Part shown: positions 16,480 through 25,572 of the stretch, piece by piece
How positions within the stretch are numbered: the stretch's first letter is position 1
Layout: every line of letters starts with the position of its first letter
From: Campylobacterales bacterium
GTDB taxonomy: Bacteria > Campylobacterota > Campylobacteria > Campylobacterales > QNZT01
DNA length: 62,012 nt
Reading direction: 5' to 3'
Assembly (NCBI GenBank): GCA_027066435.1
Contig: JAMONX010000156.1
Span: 1 to 62,012 of the forward strand
The notes under the pieces: generated by a model
The model's input: the letters and a program-made list of their open reading frames with translations, nothing else
Told to the model about the DNA's origin: nothing
Databases searched by the model: none
Program-made: the position numbers and the translations under genes

Positions 16480-17907
16480 TTAATTTTTGTTATTTGTAAG
16501 TTTTATATTATCTAAAAATCCTCCAGTTGCTACAAATGTATCAACTGAGATGATTTTATTTCCAGGCTCTAGTTGCTCTAAATAATCATTAAGATTTACT
16601 TTAAAATGTTCCCATTTGTTAAGATTATTTTGAAAACCATAACCTCTCACTAACTCTACAGGAGAAGGGTAATAGAGCCAAATATGTTTTCCTCCATAGT
16701 TAGCTTTAAATGCATCAATTTCATCATGGTTAAACCACGAATCCCAAGTCATAACTCTTAATCCAAATTTTGTTGTCACATACACTCCAATTGAGTAGTG
16801 GGGCATTGAACCTTTTATATTGTTAGCATGTATGCCACCTAATTCTCCACCCTTTTTTCCTACACCTCCGATATCTAATTCAAGAGTTGAGTGTGAATAG
16901 TTGTTTAAAGGTAGTTGATACTCTACAGCGTTATATACTTTAGATACCCAATTTGTTGTTAACTTAACTGAGCCTTTGCTTTTATAGCCAGTAGAGATTC
17001 TTTTTGGTTTATATTCTCCTATAACTACTTGCCAATTATCTGATATACCTTTTTCGGCATCTTCATATAGTATAAAATCATCACTCTCTTGGACTTCTAC
17101 AACAATAGGTTTTTTAGGCTTTTCTACTATAGTAGGTGAATTTTTCTTTTTTTCTGTAGTTATCTTCTCAACTACTGTAAATTTAGAAGTAGCAACATCG
17201 TCAAAAGAGTTTTCAAAAAATGCTTTTACTTCATATTCTCCTGCTTCAACAACATGGATATAAATTAATCCCTGTTTTATACCTTTTGTCCATCGCCAAT
17301 TTACAACATTTTTCCACTCATTAGTATCTTCTGTGCGATAAATACCTATCCAATCCTCTTTGTCACCCAACATACCTGCTATACTAACTTCTATGCTTTG
17401 ATTAACTTCATACACTTTTTTATCTGTACTTATTGTAGTCGTTTTATCTGTTGTACCAGTTGTTGTACCAGTTGTTGTACCAGTTGTTGTACCAGTTGTT
17501 GTACCAGTTGTTGTACTAGTTGTTGTGTTCCCGTCTGTTCTAATAGTTTTAATATCTTCAACAGACTTCTCTTTGAGTTGGATATTGAAATTTTGATTAC
17601 TATCTTTAGATATGAAAATTGTAGTGGTATCTTTTTTGATTTGTAAATTTTGCTCTTGTTTGATTACAAAGTATATATCTGGTTCTTGTTTTGCACTCTT
17701 TTGTGTATCTGGTAATGTTCTTGTTTGGTGATTTGGTATATTACTATCATACTCTCTAGTATGATTTTGGTTGATATATAAATATTCTGCTATTTTTTTA
17801 TCTTGGTAATCTTTTGTTAGTGATATATCACTTTCATCTACAACACTTCCGCATCCAGCTATCAAACTACTTAAAAGAGCAATATAGCATAAATTTCTCC
17901 ATTTCAT
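16480..17907 (-). CDS. Secreted lipoprotein with Thr/Gly-rich repeat linker and uncharacterised C-terminal domain
   Basis: Lipobox LIAGC in MKWRNLCYIALLSSLIAGCGS. (TTTG)n linker encoded by the 12-nt tandem repeat. Confidence 0.7.
   Translation of the reverse strand: MKWRNLCYIALLSSLIAGCGSVVDESDISLTKDYQDKKIAEYLYINQNHTREYDSNIPNHQTRTLPDTQKSAKQEPDIYFVIKQEQNLQIKKDTTTIFISKDSNQNFNIQLKEKSVEDIKTIRTDGNTTTSTTTGTTTGTTTGTTTGTTTGTTDKTTTISTDKKVYEVNQSIEVSIAGMLGDKEDWIGIYRTEDTNEWKNVVNWRWTKGIKQGLIYIHVVEAGEYEVKAFFENSFDDVATSKFTVVEKITTEKKKNSPTIVEKPKKPIVVEVQESDDFILYEDAEKGISDNWQVVIGEYKPKRISTGYKSKGSVKLTTNWVSKVYNAVEYQLPLNNYSHSTLELDIGGVGKKGGELGGIHANNIKGSMPHYSIGVYVTTKFGLRVMTWDSWFNHDEIDAFKANYGGKHIWLYYPSPVELVRGYGFQNNLNKWEHFKVNLNDYLEQLEPGNKIISVDTFVATGGFLDNIKLTNNKN
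17455..17526. repeat. In-frame 12-nt tandem repeat (ACCAGTTGTTGT x5 perfect, plus one ACTAGTTGTTGT variant)
   Basis: Read directly. Encodes TTGT repeats on the minus strand inside the lipoprotein gene. Confidence 0.95.
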
Positions 17908-18009
17908 TATCTTAATTTCTCCACTTTTTAATTATTTGTTTGCATTATAAAACAATAAGGTAAAAAATTAAATAACTTAATGAAATTAATCATAATTGAT
18001 TAAGGGGGT

Positions 18010-19065
18010 TTAATTATTTATGATTTTTTCAATAACTTTTTGATTAACTCTCTCTTTTGCAGGAAGCTCTTTATACTTTTGTTGTAACTCAATTGATAAC
18101 TTCTCAAATGTTTTGGCATATAGATTTTTGTATCTCTCTTTGATTGCCATTTTTTGTTCGTTTATTGTGTTTAAGATCTCTTTTTTAAACTCTTCTCTAT
18201 TTAGATACTCATCACCAGCTATAATAACAGCGTCTGTTCCAAACCACGCTAAAGTTGCAGCTACTGGAGCACAAATCCAAACAAGTGGTCCACAAACTCC
18301 ACCAGCAGTTGCAGCTCCAGCAGATGCAGTCACTTTTGCACCCATTTTTATTGCTCCTTTTGCTACTAATTTGCTCCCAGCTTTTGCCGCTAGTTTTACA
18401 GCTATGATATTGATAACTTTTGCACCAACTCCTACTGCTAAAAATGTACCTAGTTTTGTTTTTTGAATATCAAGATTTTTATCAAGTTCACTTTGCAGAG
18501 TTTGAAGTATTTTAGAATTTAACTCTCTGTCTACATCTTGTGTTGCAAGATAGTCAATTGTTTTTAGGTGTTTAGTGACACTTTGTTTATACTCATCACT
18601 GATAATTTGTGAAGCCGCTTCTATATATATAGGAAAATCTTCTCCAAAAAGTTTATCTTGTATAGTTTTTGCTATCTCTCCTGTAGCGGCTGCTCCGAGT
18701 TCTATATATTCACCTACGACTGAGTAGTGAAAATCTAAAAAACCATCTACATTGTTCTCAACATGTAAAAATGCTTTGTCTATATTTAAATCTATTACGG
18801 AGTCTAGATGCAAAAGACGGCTTTGATAATCTTTGTGTATGATATTTATATTTTTACTGTTTTCAAGGTTTTCCAAAATCTGTTTAGAATCAACTATAAC
18901 TTCTATCTCACGAACAACTTCTTTTAACAGTTTTTGAGATACTGGCTCTTTTTGCTCTTGATTTTGTAAAAGAACTCTATTTTTAGATGCTAATATTTGC
19001 AATACAATAAGTAAAACTACAAATATAGCAATAGTAAACCAAAATATTTTTTCAAATATTGCCAT
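18010..19065 (-). CDS. Membrane-anchored hypothetical protein with C-terminal Gly/Ala-rich hydrophobic region
   Basis: N-terminal TM (FWFTIAIFVVLLIVLQIL). Gly/Ala-rich segment GAKVTASAGAATAGGVCGPLVWICAPVAATLAWFG. Overlaps the upstream gene by 14 nt. Confidence 0.55.
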   Translation of the reverse strand: MAIFEKIFWFTIAIFVVLLIVLQILASKNRVLLQNQEQKEPVSQKLLKEVVREIEVIVDSKQILENLENSKNINIIHKDYQSRLLHLDSVIDLNIDKAFLHVENNVDGFLDFHYSVVGEYIELGAAATGEIAKTIQDKLFGEDFPIYIEAASQIISDEYKQSVTKHLKTIDYLATQDVDRELNSKILQTLQSELDKNLDIQKTKLGTFLAVGVGAKVINIIAVKLAAKAGSKLVAKGAIKMGAKVTASAGAATAGGVCGPLVWICAPVAATLAWFGTDAVIIAGDEYLNREEFKKEILNTINEQKMAIKERYKNLYAKTFEKLSIELQQKYKELPAKERVNQKVIEKIINN

Positions 19066-19843
19066 CTAACTCCCTGTTAAATTTTGTGTCAATTAAATAT
19101 GCAATTTGTGCAATTAGCCTATTTATCCCTAAAATTGCTAAAGTATTTATAATTAAAAATATAACCCATATTGCCAATTTTGTCAATTTATTGTCCAATG
19201 CATCTGTACTGTTTGATACAATCCACCAAAAAATACTATCTAACTCTATCTTTAGTTTTATGATATAGTTTGTAATCTCACAGCTAGATGCCACTGAATT
19301 TGACGCATTTATAATTGTTTGTGAAAGTGTCTGTTGCAGATATTTTGGTTCATAGCTATAAAGTGTTAGATAGAGAAAAACAGCTATTAAAAACAAAGAT
19401 GAGATATTTATAGCCCACTCTCTTGCAAAAATTGGCAAATAATCTTCTCTAACCGTATCTCTAAAGAGATAGTGAAAGTACCTATAAAAAAAGATAACTA
19501 ATCCAACATGAAATATAAGATAAAACCACAACTCCAAAGGATAAAATATAATTCCAAATAAAACAGTTATACTCATCAAAACAGATACAAAAATATAAAA
19601 TATAGTTACAAAAATCCTAGAAGATAAGATTTTAGCAAATATAGAATTCTCTTTAAAATAGCAATTTTTAAAACATATTCTCTCTCTCATTTTAAGTTCT
19701 ATAAAACTATGACTGATAAGTAAAAGTACAACAAATGGTAAGATTAAGATGTAGCAGGTTGAGTTGTATAAGTTATCCCAACCAAACAAAATTATAAAAA
19801 AAACAGTAGATGTTAAAGCAAATAGTTTTAGAAAAATTAGCAT
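19052..19843 (-). CDS. Polytopic integral membrane protein, unknown function
   Basis: Multiple hydrophobic helices throughout. Operonic overlap with 18010-19065. Confidence 0.55.
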   Translation of the reverse strand: MLIFLKLFALTSTVFFIILFGWDNLYNSTCYILILPFVVLLLISHSFIELKMRERICFKNCYFKENSIFAKILSSRIFVTIFYIFVSVLMSITVLFGIIFYPLELWFYLIFHVGLVIFFYRYFHYLFRDTVREDYLPIFAREWAINISSLFLIAVFLYLTLYSYEPKYLQQTLSQTIINASNSVASSCEITNYIIKLKIELDSIFWWIVSNSTDALDNKLTKLAIWVIFLIINTLAILGINRLIAQIAYLIDTKFNRELDGNI

Positions 19844-19908
19844 AATTTATAGTTCCAGTATTAAACAGATTTTCGTTATATTAGTATAACTTCTATTTAG
19901 GAACAAAC

Positions 19909-20784
19909 ATGCCATATTTTATACTAATAATTTTAACCATTTTAACTTTTTCAGGATGCACGACTTCAAAGGTCAATCACCCTGAACATTTTGCTTCATC
20001 TTGCCAAAAAGGAATCTTCTATCTTAAAGCTTCAAAGTGTATAGATTCTAATAAATTTATAAAAAAACTTGAACAATATCCTGTTATATTTATAGGAGAT
20101 CATCATAAAAGTAGTGAAGTTCATAATTTTACAAAAGAGATTATAGAAGAGCTTTCAAAAAGAGGGTATAAAATTCATCTTGCAAATGAGTGGTTTACGC
20201 CAAGTGACAATAAAACTCTTGCATCTTTGGCAAAAAAAGAGTTTAATGAAGATGAGTTTAAAAAACTTATAGAGTGGGATTCATACATGACGCTTGATTT
20301 TTCTCTTTTTTCGCCAATTTATAAAGCGGTAATTGAAAATGGTGGTGAGCTTTATGGTGTAAATTTGAGTAAAGTAGAGAGAAAAATGCTTACACAAAAA
20401 AGTATGCCTTTATATTTAGAACAATTTTATAATCAATTAGATGCAAATACCAAGGTTCATAAAGAGTATGTTAAGCCATATCTGCACTGTTTTAAACCCA
20501 GAGATGGCGAAAGTAAAGATGAGTGCTTAGATAGGATGTATTTAGTACAAGTTGCGTGGGATAGTATGATGGCAGGACAAAGTGCATATCTAGTTCATAA
20601 AAAGTTAAAAGCAAAAAGAGATAAATTGATAGTTTTTGTAGGTTCTATGCATTTAGCTTATGGATTGGGTGTAAATATGAGATTTGCTAGGATGAGTGAT
20701 AAGCCTTTTGTGACGGTTATGCCACAAAAAGCTCCGATTTCAAATATCCCTGTTGGATATTCTGATTTTATCTTTTTATATTAG
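19909..20784 (+). CDS. ChaN-family (haem-binding uptake, Tiki superfamily) lipoprotein
   Basis: Lipobox TFSGC. YPVIFIGDHHKSSEVHNF and FVGSMHLAYGLGV resemble ChaN family motifs. Confidence 0.55.
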   Translation: MPYFILIILTILTFSGCTTSKVNHPEHFASSCQKGIFYLKASKCIDSNKFIKKLEQYPVIFIGDHHKSSEVHNFTKEIIEELSKRGYKIHLANEWFTPSDNKTLASLAKKEFNEDEFKKLIEWDSYMTLDFSLFSPIYKAVIENGGELYGVNLSKVERKMLTQKSMPLYLEQFYNQLDANTKVHKEYVKPYLHCFKPRDGESKDECLDRMYLVQVAWDSMMAGQSAYLVHKKLKAKRDKLIVFVGSMHLAYGLGVNMRFARMSDKPFVTVMPQKAPISNIPVGYSDFIFLY

Positions 20785-21119
20785 CCTTTAGTTCCGACTA
20801 TGTAATAGACATCTTTTTTATCTACTTTTTTAAGCTCAACATTGTATTTTTCTGCCCACTTGTGGATAATATTTTTAGCTCCTTCAATGTGAAGCATTGA
20901 TGATATAGAGTCTGATTTTATTTTAAAAAAATCTTCTGAATTTGATAGTGTGATATATGATTTGTATGGTTTTAGCATATTGCTTAAGTTTACAATTCGT
21001 CTCTGGATTGAGTCGAAACCTCTTGTGTTCTTGATAACCTTTTTGATCTTCTCTTTTGATCCGCCGTTGGTGTTATATCCTAACTGTGTTAAAAGTGCCT
21101 CATTTCCAAAAATTCCCAT
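20781..21119 (-). CDS. Hypothetical protein
   Basis: 112-aa ORF, no recognisable motif. Convergent 4-nt overlap with the ChaN-like gene. Confidence 0.4.
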   Translation of the reverse strand: MGIFGNEALLTQLGYNTNGGSKEKIKKVIKNTRGFDSIQRRIVNLSNMLKPYKSYITLSNSEDFFKIKSDSISSMLHIEGAKNIIHKWAEKYNVELKKVDKKDVYYIVGTKG

Positions 21120-21199
21120 ATGTTATCCTTAATAATTGAGATTAGAAATTGTAACATATGAATCTTTTATCAATATTAAAAATGATTAAAATAATAAAA

Positions 21200-21625
21200 T
21201 TATTTATTTTTTATGTAGCTAATCGGAACCTTTATAATATTATGATTTAAGGGAGAAAAATTATCACAATCAAGCTCCAAATCACTCTGATATATTTTTA
21301 GTTGATCACTTAAACGAATCAACCAATCTATAAGCTCTACAGATGCACTTCCTTCGAGTATTCTACACTCTTCAAGAACCTCTTCACCTAAAGTGACTAA
21401 TTTATTTATAGGAGTTATCTTTAAATATCCTGAAGAAGATTTTATATTGTGAAAAATTCTAAATATTTCATTGATACTGTTTTTGTAATGCTCTTTGTCC
21501 TCTAATTTTATTATCAAAGGCTCAAGAGATTCTATCATAAATGAATAATGTGAAAAAAACTCTTCAACTATCTCAACATCATACTCTGCATCTAGATTAG
21601 AGTAAACACCTATAATTTCTTTCAA
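21200..21625 (-). CDS. Stand-alone Hpt (histidine phosphotransfer) domain-like protein
   Basis: FRIFHNIKSSSGYLKI matches the Hpt HxxKGxxxxxG phosphorylation-site pattern. Confidence 0.5.
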   Translation of the reverse strand: MKEIIGVYSNLDAEYDVEIVEEFFSHYSFMIESLEPLIIKLEDKEHYKNSINEIFRIFHNIKSSSGYLKITPINKLVTLGEEVLEECRILEGSASVELIDWLIRLSDQLKIYQSDLELDCDNFSPLNHNIIKVPISYIKNK

Positions 21626-21729
21626 ACTAACTCCTTGATACTATTATGATAAAGATATTAGCTTAATTGAACTAAAAGCTTTTTTTTTGCTTGTTAGGAT
21701 AAACCAATTTTTTATTTTCAAGTTCAGTC

Positions 21730-22308
21730 TCAATAAAGATTTTTCATCAGCATTCTCTCTTCTTCCAATGAAAGGTAACGCCATTTACCGCTTTTTATGT
21801 TGAGTTTAAAATTTCCAATGCTGACTCGGTTCAAGTTTAAGACCTTTAATGGCGTTCCAAATTTTGGGTCTTTTAGTGCCCCAAAAAGTCGTCGAATATG
21901 TCGGTTTTTTCCTTCATCAATTTTTACCCTAAGTTTTGTTTTTGCACCACCAATGCCTATTTTTTCAACATCAAGAGCTTTTAGTAGACCATGTGTACTT
22001 TCTACTCCTTTCATAGCTGATGCAATATGTTCATCTGTTACATGACCCCTAACCCATATCTCGTATACCTTTATACAATTCCCAGGTTTGGTCAACGCAT
22101 TGCCGATTTTACCGTCGGTTGTGAATAATAAAAGCCCCTTAGATTCTAGATCAAGGCGTCCAACCGGCATCCAATTGTCATGAAAAACCCAATCGGGCAA
22201 AAGATTATAAACTGTTTTTCGCCCAAGTTCGTCAGATCGTGTGACCACATAACCCTTAGGCTTATTGAGTGCTAATAGTTTTTTAGAATCGTTAGTTGTT
22301 CTATTCAT
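21730..22308 (-). CDS. Pseudouridine synthase, RsuA/RluB/E/F family, no S4 domain (RluE-like architecture)
   Basis: Catalytic motif GRLDLESKGLLLFTTDG, and KNRHIRR. Confidence 0.85.
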   Translation of the reverse strand: MNRTTNDSKKLLALNKPKGYVVTRSDELGRKTVYNLLPDWVFHDNWMPVGRLDLESKGLLLFTTDGKIGNALTKPGNCIKVYEIWVRGHVTDEHIASAMKGVESTHGLLKALDVEKIGIGGAKTKLRVKIDEGKNRHIRRLFGALKDPKFGTPLKVLNLNRVSIGNFKLNIKSGKWRYLSLEEERMLMKNLY

Positions 22309-22577
22309 TAGGTGTATTCCTTAAATTAAAATTATTTAAATACTAACAAGTTTTGAAACAGTTGTATACCATGTATGCTTCCTAAACTATTATCTAGTTT
22401 TATCTAGTTTTTTTGAGATAATAGTATTTATGGTTGATAGATTTATAATAAAATCTATCTTATTGAGTCTGTTCATAACTAGCTTTGTCAAGCCTTTTCT
22501 CATTTTTAATATTTTTGTGGAACTTTTTTTAAAAAAGTTTTGGAATAGAATTAAGATAGTAACATTTTTATTTTAAT

Positions 22578-22970
22578 TTAAAACCAATCTACTATTATTA
22601 ATTTATCAACTCTTTCAAACTCTTTTATATTATGAGTGACTAAAGTTAGATTGTTAGCTTTTGCACAACCAGCTATTAATGTATCCATTGGACCTATTGG
22701 GTTTCCTTTTATTTCCAAAGTAGCTTTAATTGTTGCAGATTCTCTAGCTTCTTTTGTACTAAAATCTATAATTTGAATTTGCTCTAATAATAAATTCAAC
22801 TGTTCTTTTCTTTTATTGGGATTATTAGATTTTGCAATTCCAATTTCTAATTCATATAGAACAATTGATGGAATAAAAACCTCTTTTGGAGAGTGCAAAA
22901 ACAGATTGTTAGAAATTTGACCTAAGCCTTTAAAAAAGTAAATAACAGTGTTTGTATCCAATAAATACAT
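22578..22970 (-). CDS. vapC: PIN-domain toxin, type II TA system VapC
   Basis: MYLLDTNTVIYF N-terminus, LYELEIG, LVTHNIKEF. Directly abuts the upstream small gene. Confidence 0.85.
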   Translation of the reverse strand: MYLLDTNTVIYFFKGLGQISNNLFLHSPKEVFIPSIVLYELEIGIAKSNNPNKRKEQLNLLLEQIQIIDFSTKEARESATIKATLEIKGNPIGPMDTLIAGCAKANNLTLVTHNIKEFERVDKLIIVDWF

Positions 22971-23201
22971 TCAGAATTCTTCTCTTTTTACATCATTTAC
23001 ATTGCATTTTCTAATCTCCTCAATTGTGGGAAAATCACTCCAACTTCCAGCTAAACTTTTAATCTTTGGATTCCAATTGTTATCGATGTTTTTTTCTATA
23101 ATGGTTGATATATATTTACTAATGGAAGTATCCAAAGAGGAGGCTATCTCTTTGACTTTGGATTCTAAATCATTGTTAATATAAATAGTTATTTGAGCCA
23201 T
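22971..23201 (-). CDS. vapB: VapB-type antitoxin (RHH/CopG-like N-terminus)
   Basis: 76 aa. ITIYINNDLESKVKEIASSLDTSISKYISTII. Its stop is immediately adjacent to the vapC start. Confidence 0.7.
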   Translation of the reverse strand: MAQITIYINNDLESKVKEIASSLDTSISKYISTIIEKNIDNNWNPKIKSLAGSWSDFPTIEEIRKCNVNDVKREEF

Positions 23202-23305
23202 GATTATCCTTTATTTATAAAATATATGTGTAATTATAAGTGTTCTTAGATTAAAATTTTATGAAAAAAGAAACTTTTAGAGGTTGAGAGAGAAGGATTT
23301 CTTAA

Positions 23306-23413
23306 ATACTTAAGTTATCCTTCTCCCAAAAACTATAACTGGAAGATATTTAAGACTCCAAACGATAAAGAGTGCAAGCCAAATTGCAATAGAGATATCA
23401 AATAGAAAACTGG
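23306..23413. repeat. Displaced duplicate of the nnrS 3' end (direct repeat copy A)
   Basis: Hand alignment to 24408-24515 gives 5 mismatches in 108 nt. Confidence 0.9.
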
Positions 23414-23543
23414 TAAAAGTTAAAGCCTGACACCTTTTTTCTGAGCAATTTTGCCCAATCAAGTTTTTTAAATTAGTTATTATGATAGCAAGATAAACTT
23501 TTAAAAACTCGTCGTGTTAGCTCATTCATCATCCAAAGTGTTG

Positions 23544-24272
23544 TTAGTTTTGAAGAGTAAAAATATTTTCAAATCCTTCATTTTTAGCTCTATTTAACAT
23601 CTCGTAAATAGGTGAATTCGAATATTGTTTTAATATCTTAGTGATGAGAGCTTTTGAAATTTGATAATTTCTAATAATTTGCTCTCTCGTATCAGAAAAA
23701 AAAGGGTTAATATTTATAATTTGAGAAGTTCCAGTTGATGTTACTCTATCAATCTCATTTTGATTTATAGAGCTAAAATCTATTAAATATTTTTTCCGAT
23801 AATCAACCTGCATAGCAACTCCTTCATCTATCCATACAGGTAGTTTAAATTGAGTTGTTATATACCCTAATCTATCTCCAACCTCTGCATGAAGCAACTC
23901 ATGAGCTACTATATCGATATTTTGCCCTTTAGGTCCAAAGACTACATATTGATTCCAAGGGAGTCTGATTGCTGAGCCAAAATCGTTTGTACCATACTCT
24001 TTTGCCATTTTGCTACTATTTGTAAAAATGATAATTGGAGTTGATTTAAAACTTCCAAACCTATCTATAATTCTTTGTTTTGCATCATTTATTAAAGAGA
24101 CAATATTCTTATATTCACTTTCACTTATCTTTGGATCTACATAAATATTTTTAGAAATTAATACAAAATCACTAAACTCTACTGTCATTCGCTTGATAAT
24201 GCTTGAATGTAGTAATGAACTGCTTAAAGCACAAAGTAATAACAATAATATAATTTTTTTAAAATGTTTCAT
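23544..24272 (-). CDS. Secreted HExxH zinc-metallopeptidase-like protein
   Basis: Signal peptide KKIILLLLLCALSSSLL. AHELLHAEVGD motif with downstream WIDEG. Confidence 0.55.
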   Translation of the reverse strand: MKHFKKIILLLLLCALSSSLLHSSIIKRMTVEFSDFVLISKNIYVDPKISESEYKNIVSLINDAKQRIIDRFGSFKSTPIIIFTNSSKMAKEYGTNDFGSAIRLPWNQYVVFGPKGQNIDIVAHELLHAEVGDRLGYITTQFKLPVWIDEGVAMQVDYRKKYLIDFSSINQNEIDRVTSTGTSQIININPFFSDTREQIIRNYQISKALITKILKQYSNSPIYEMLNRAKNEGFENIFTLQN

Positions 24273-24407
24273 CTTTTTCTCTTTTTTAATACTGCAATAA
24301 TATAATTTTAGACTAACTAGTTAATACAGGAACATTATAACCTAAACACAAACTAAGTTCAAAATTTAAGTAATATAAAAGTGTTCCAATAATACTAAAA
24401 AACATTA

Positions 24408-24515
24408 ATACTTAAGTTACCTTTCTCCCAAAAACTATAACTGGAAGATATTTAAGACTCCAAATGATAAAGAGTGCAAGCCAAATTGCCATAGAGATAT
24501 CAAATAGAAAACTAG
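24408..24515. repeat. Direct repeat copy B (the functional 3' end of nnrS plus 4 nt downstream)
   Basis: See copy A. Confidence 0.9.
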
Positions 24516-25572
24516 AACCTGTAAATGAGTATAGCATCCTAAAATAGATAACAATTTGTGTGAGATAAAAAAGAATTTTAGTTATTTTATCTATTTTCAT
24601 TTGATTGCCTGAGTGTCCAAGTGTTACTCTAGTTCCAAAGCCGATCATGACGGTTGTTAAAAATCCTAACATAACAAGATGAATTCCCAAAAATATAAAA
24701 CTCTGATCAAATATAAGTTCTCCAAGCCCTGTAAATGCCCCAATTATTAGTGCAGTTGGAAGCCAAAAGATAGCAAGATGAAGTATCCAAAGAATAGGCT
24801 CTGCTTTTTTAAATGGTAGCTTCCAGCTATATATCTCTTTTGCTAATAAAAAACCTGCAATCGCCATAAAAATAAAACCGATTTTTAAATTAGCAACATT
24901 GAAAATAATCATAAGTGAAAAAAGTGCAAAGATTATAGGGAGTAGTTTTTCATTTTTTTCTATCATCACATGTGAGAAAAATGGTATCATTCTCTGACCA
25001 ACTGTAAATGCTATAATTGTTAAAAAGAGATAAATTCCTATCTGTTTTGCTAACTCAAAAATCATTAAGCTATCACTTAAAAATCCAATTATAAAAAGTA
25101 TATTTGCAACTATACCAGATCCAAACCCAATCATAATCCATTTTTGATCATAAAGCTCAGGAAGAGGAGATCCTTTGTATATATTATAAAAAACTATCAT
25201 AGTATAAATCTGTGCTGCTAAAACAAATAAAACTCCGATATAAATAAAAAAGATAAAACTCAAACTTCCAATTAAAAAGAAAACTGTACCTATAAAAAGA
25301 AGTGCAAAGTTTGTTAAAAATATATTTTGTTCCAATGCTGGTGTTTGGCTAAAACGAGGAAAAGTAGTGAGTAAGAATCCTAGAAAAAATGAGGTAAAAA
25401 CTGCAAATATCAATGAGTAACTATGAAAAAGATTGGGCAATATTGAGAGCGTTATAACTCCTTTATAGCTAAGCATAAAAATTAACATAAAGAGTATTGC
25501 GTTTATAACTCCAAAGGCAAAAAATGGTTGATGTGGTTGTGAAAAAAAGTAGTCGTATTTTTTAGTGTTCAT
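24412..25572 (-). CDS. nnrS: NnrS family haem/copper membrane protein
   Basis: N-terminus FFSQPHQPFFAFGV and about 12 predicted TM helices, 386 aa. Confidence 0.75.
   Translation of the reverse strand: MNTKKYDYFFSQPHQPFFAFGVINAILFMLIFMLSYKGVITLSILPNLFHSYSLIFAVFTSFFLGFLLTTFPRFSQTPALEQNIFLTNFALLFIGTVFFLIGSLSFIFFIYIGVLFVLAAQIYTMIVFYNIYKGSPLPELYDQKWIMIGFGSGIVANILFIIGFLSDSLMIFELAKQIGIYLFLTIIAFTVGQRMIPFFSHVMIEKNEKLLPIIFALFSLMIIFNVANLKIGFIFMAIAGFLLAKEIYSWKLPFKKAEPILWILHLAIFWLPTALIIGAFTGLGELIFDQSFIFLGIHLVMLGFLTTVMIGFGTRVTLGHSGNQMKIDKITKILFYLTQIVIYFRMLYSFTGSSFLFDISMAIWLALFIIWSLKYLPVIVFGRKVT

Noticed and set aside
17398-17646. Plus-strand 82-aa ORF with CCTS repeats
   Set aside because: Antisense shadow of the 12-nt tandem repeat inside the minus-strand lipoprotein gene.
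22391-22459. Perfect 10-bp tandem duplication TATCTAGTTT x2 (22391-22410) and 9-bp inverted repeat GATAGATTT-N6-AAATCTATC (22436-22459) between vapC and the pseudouridine synthase gene
   Set aside because: Short AT-rich repeats in a 270-nt AT-rich spacer. There is no T-tract that would make a terminator and no link to the vapB promoter, which lies on the other side of the operon. Insufficient to assign a function.
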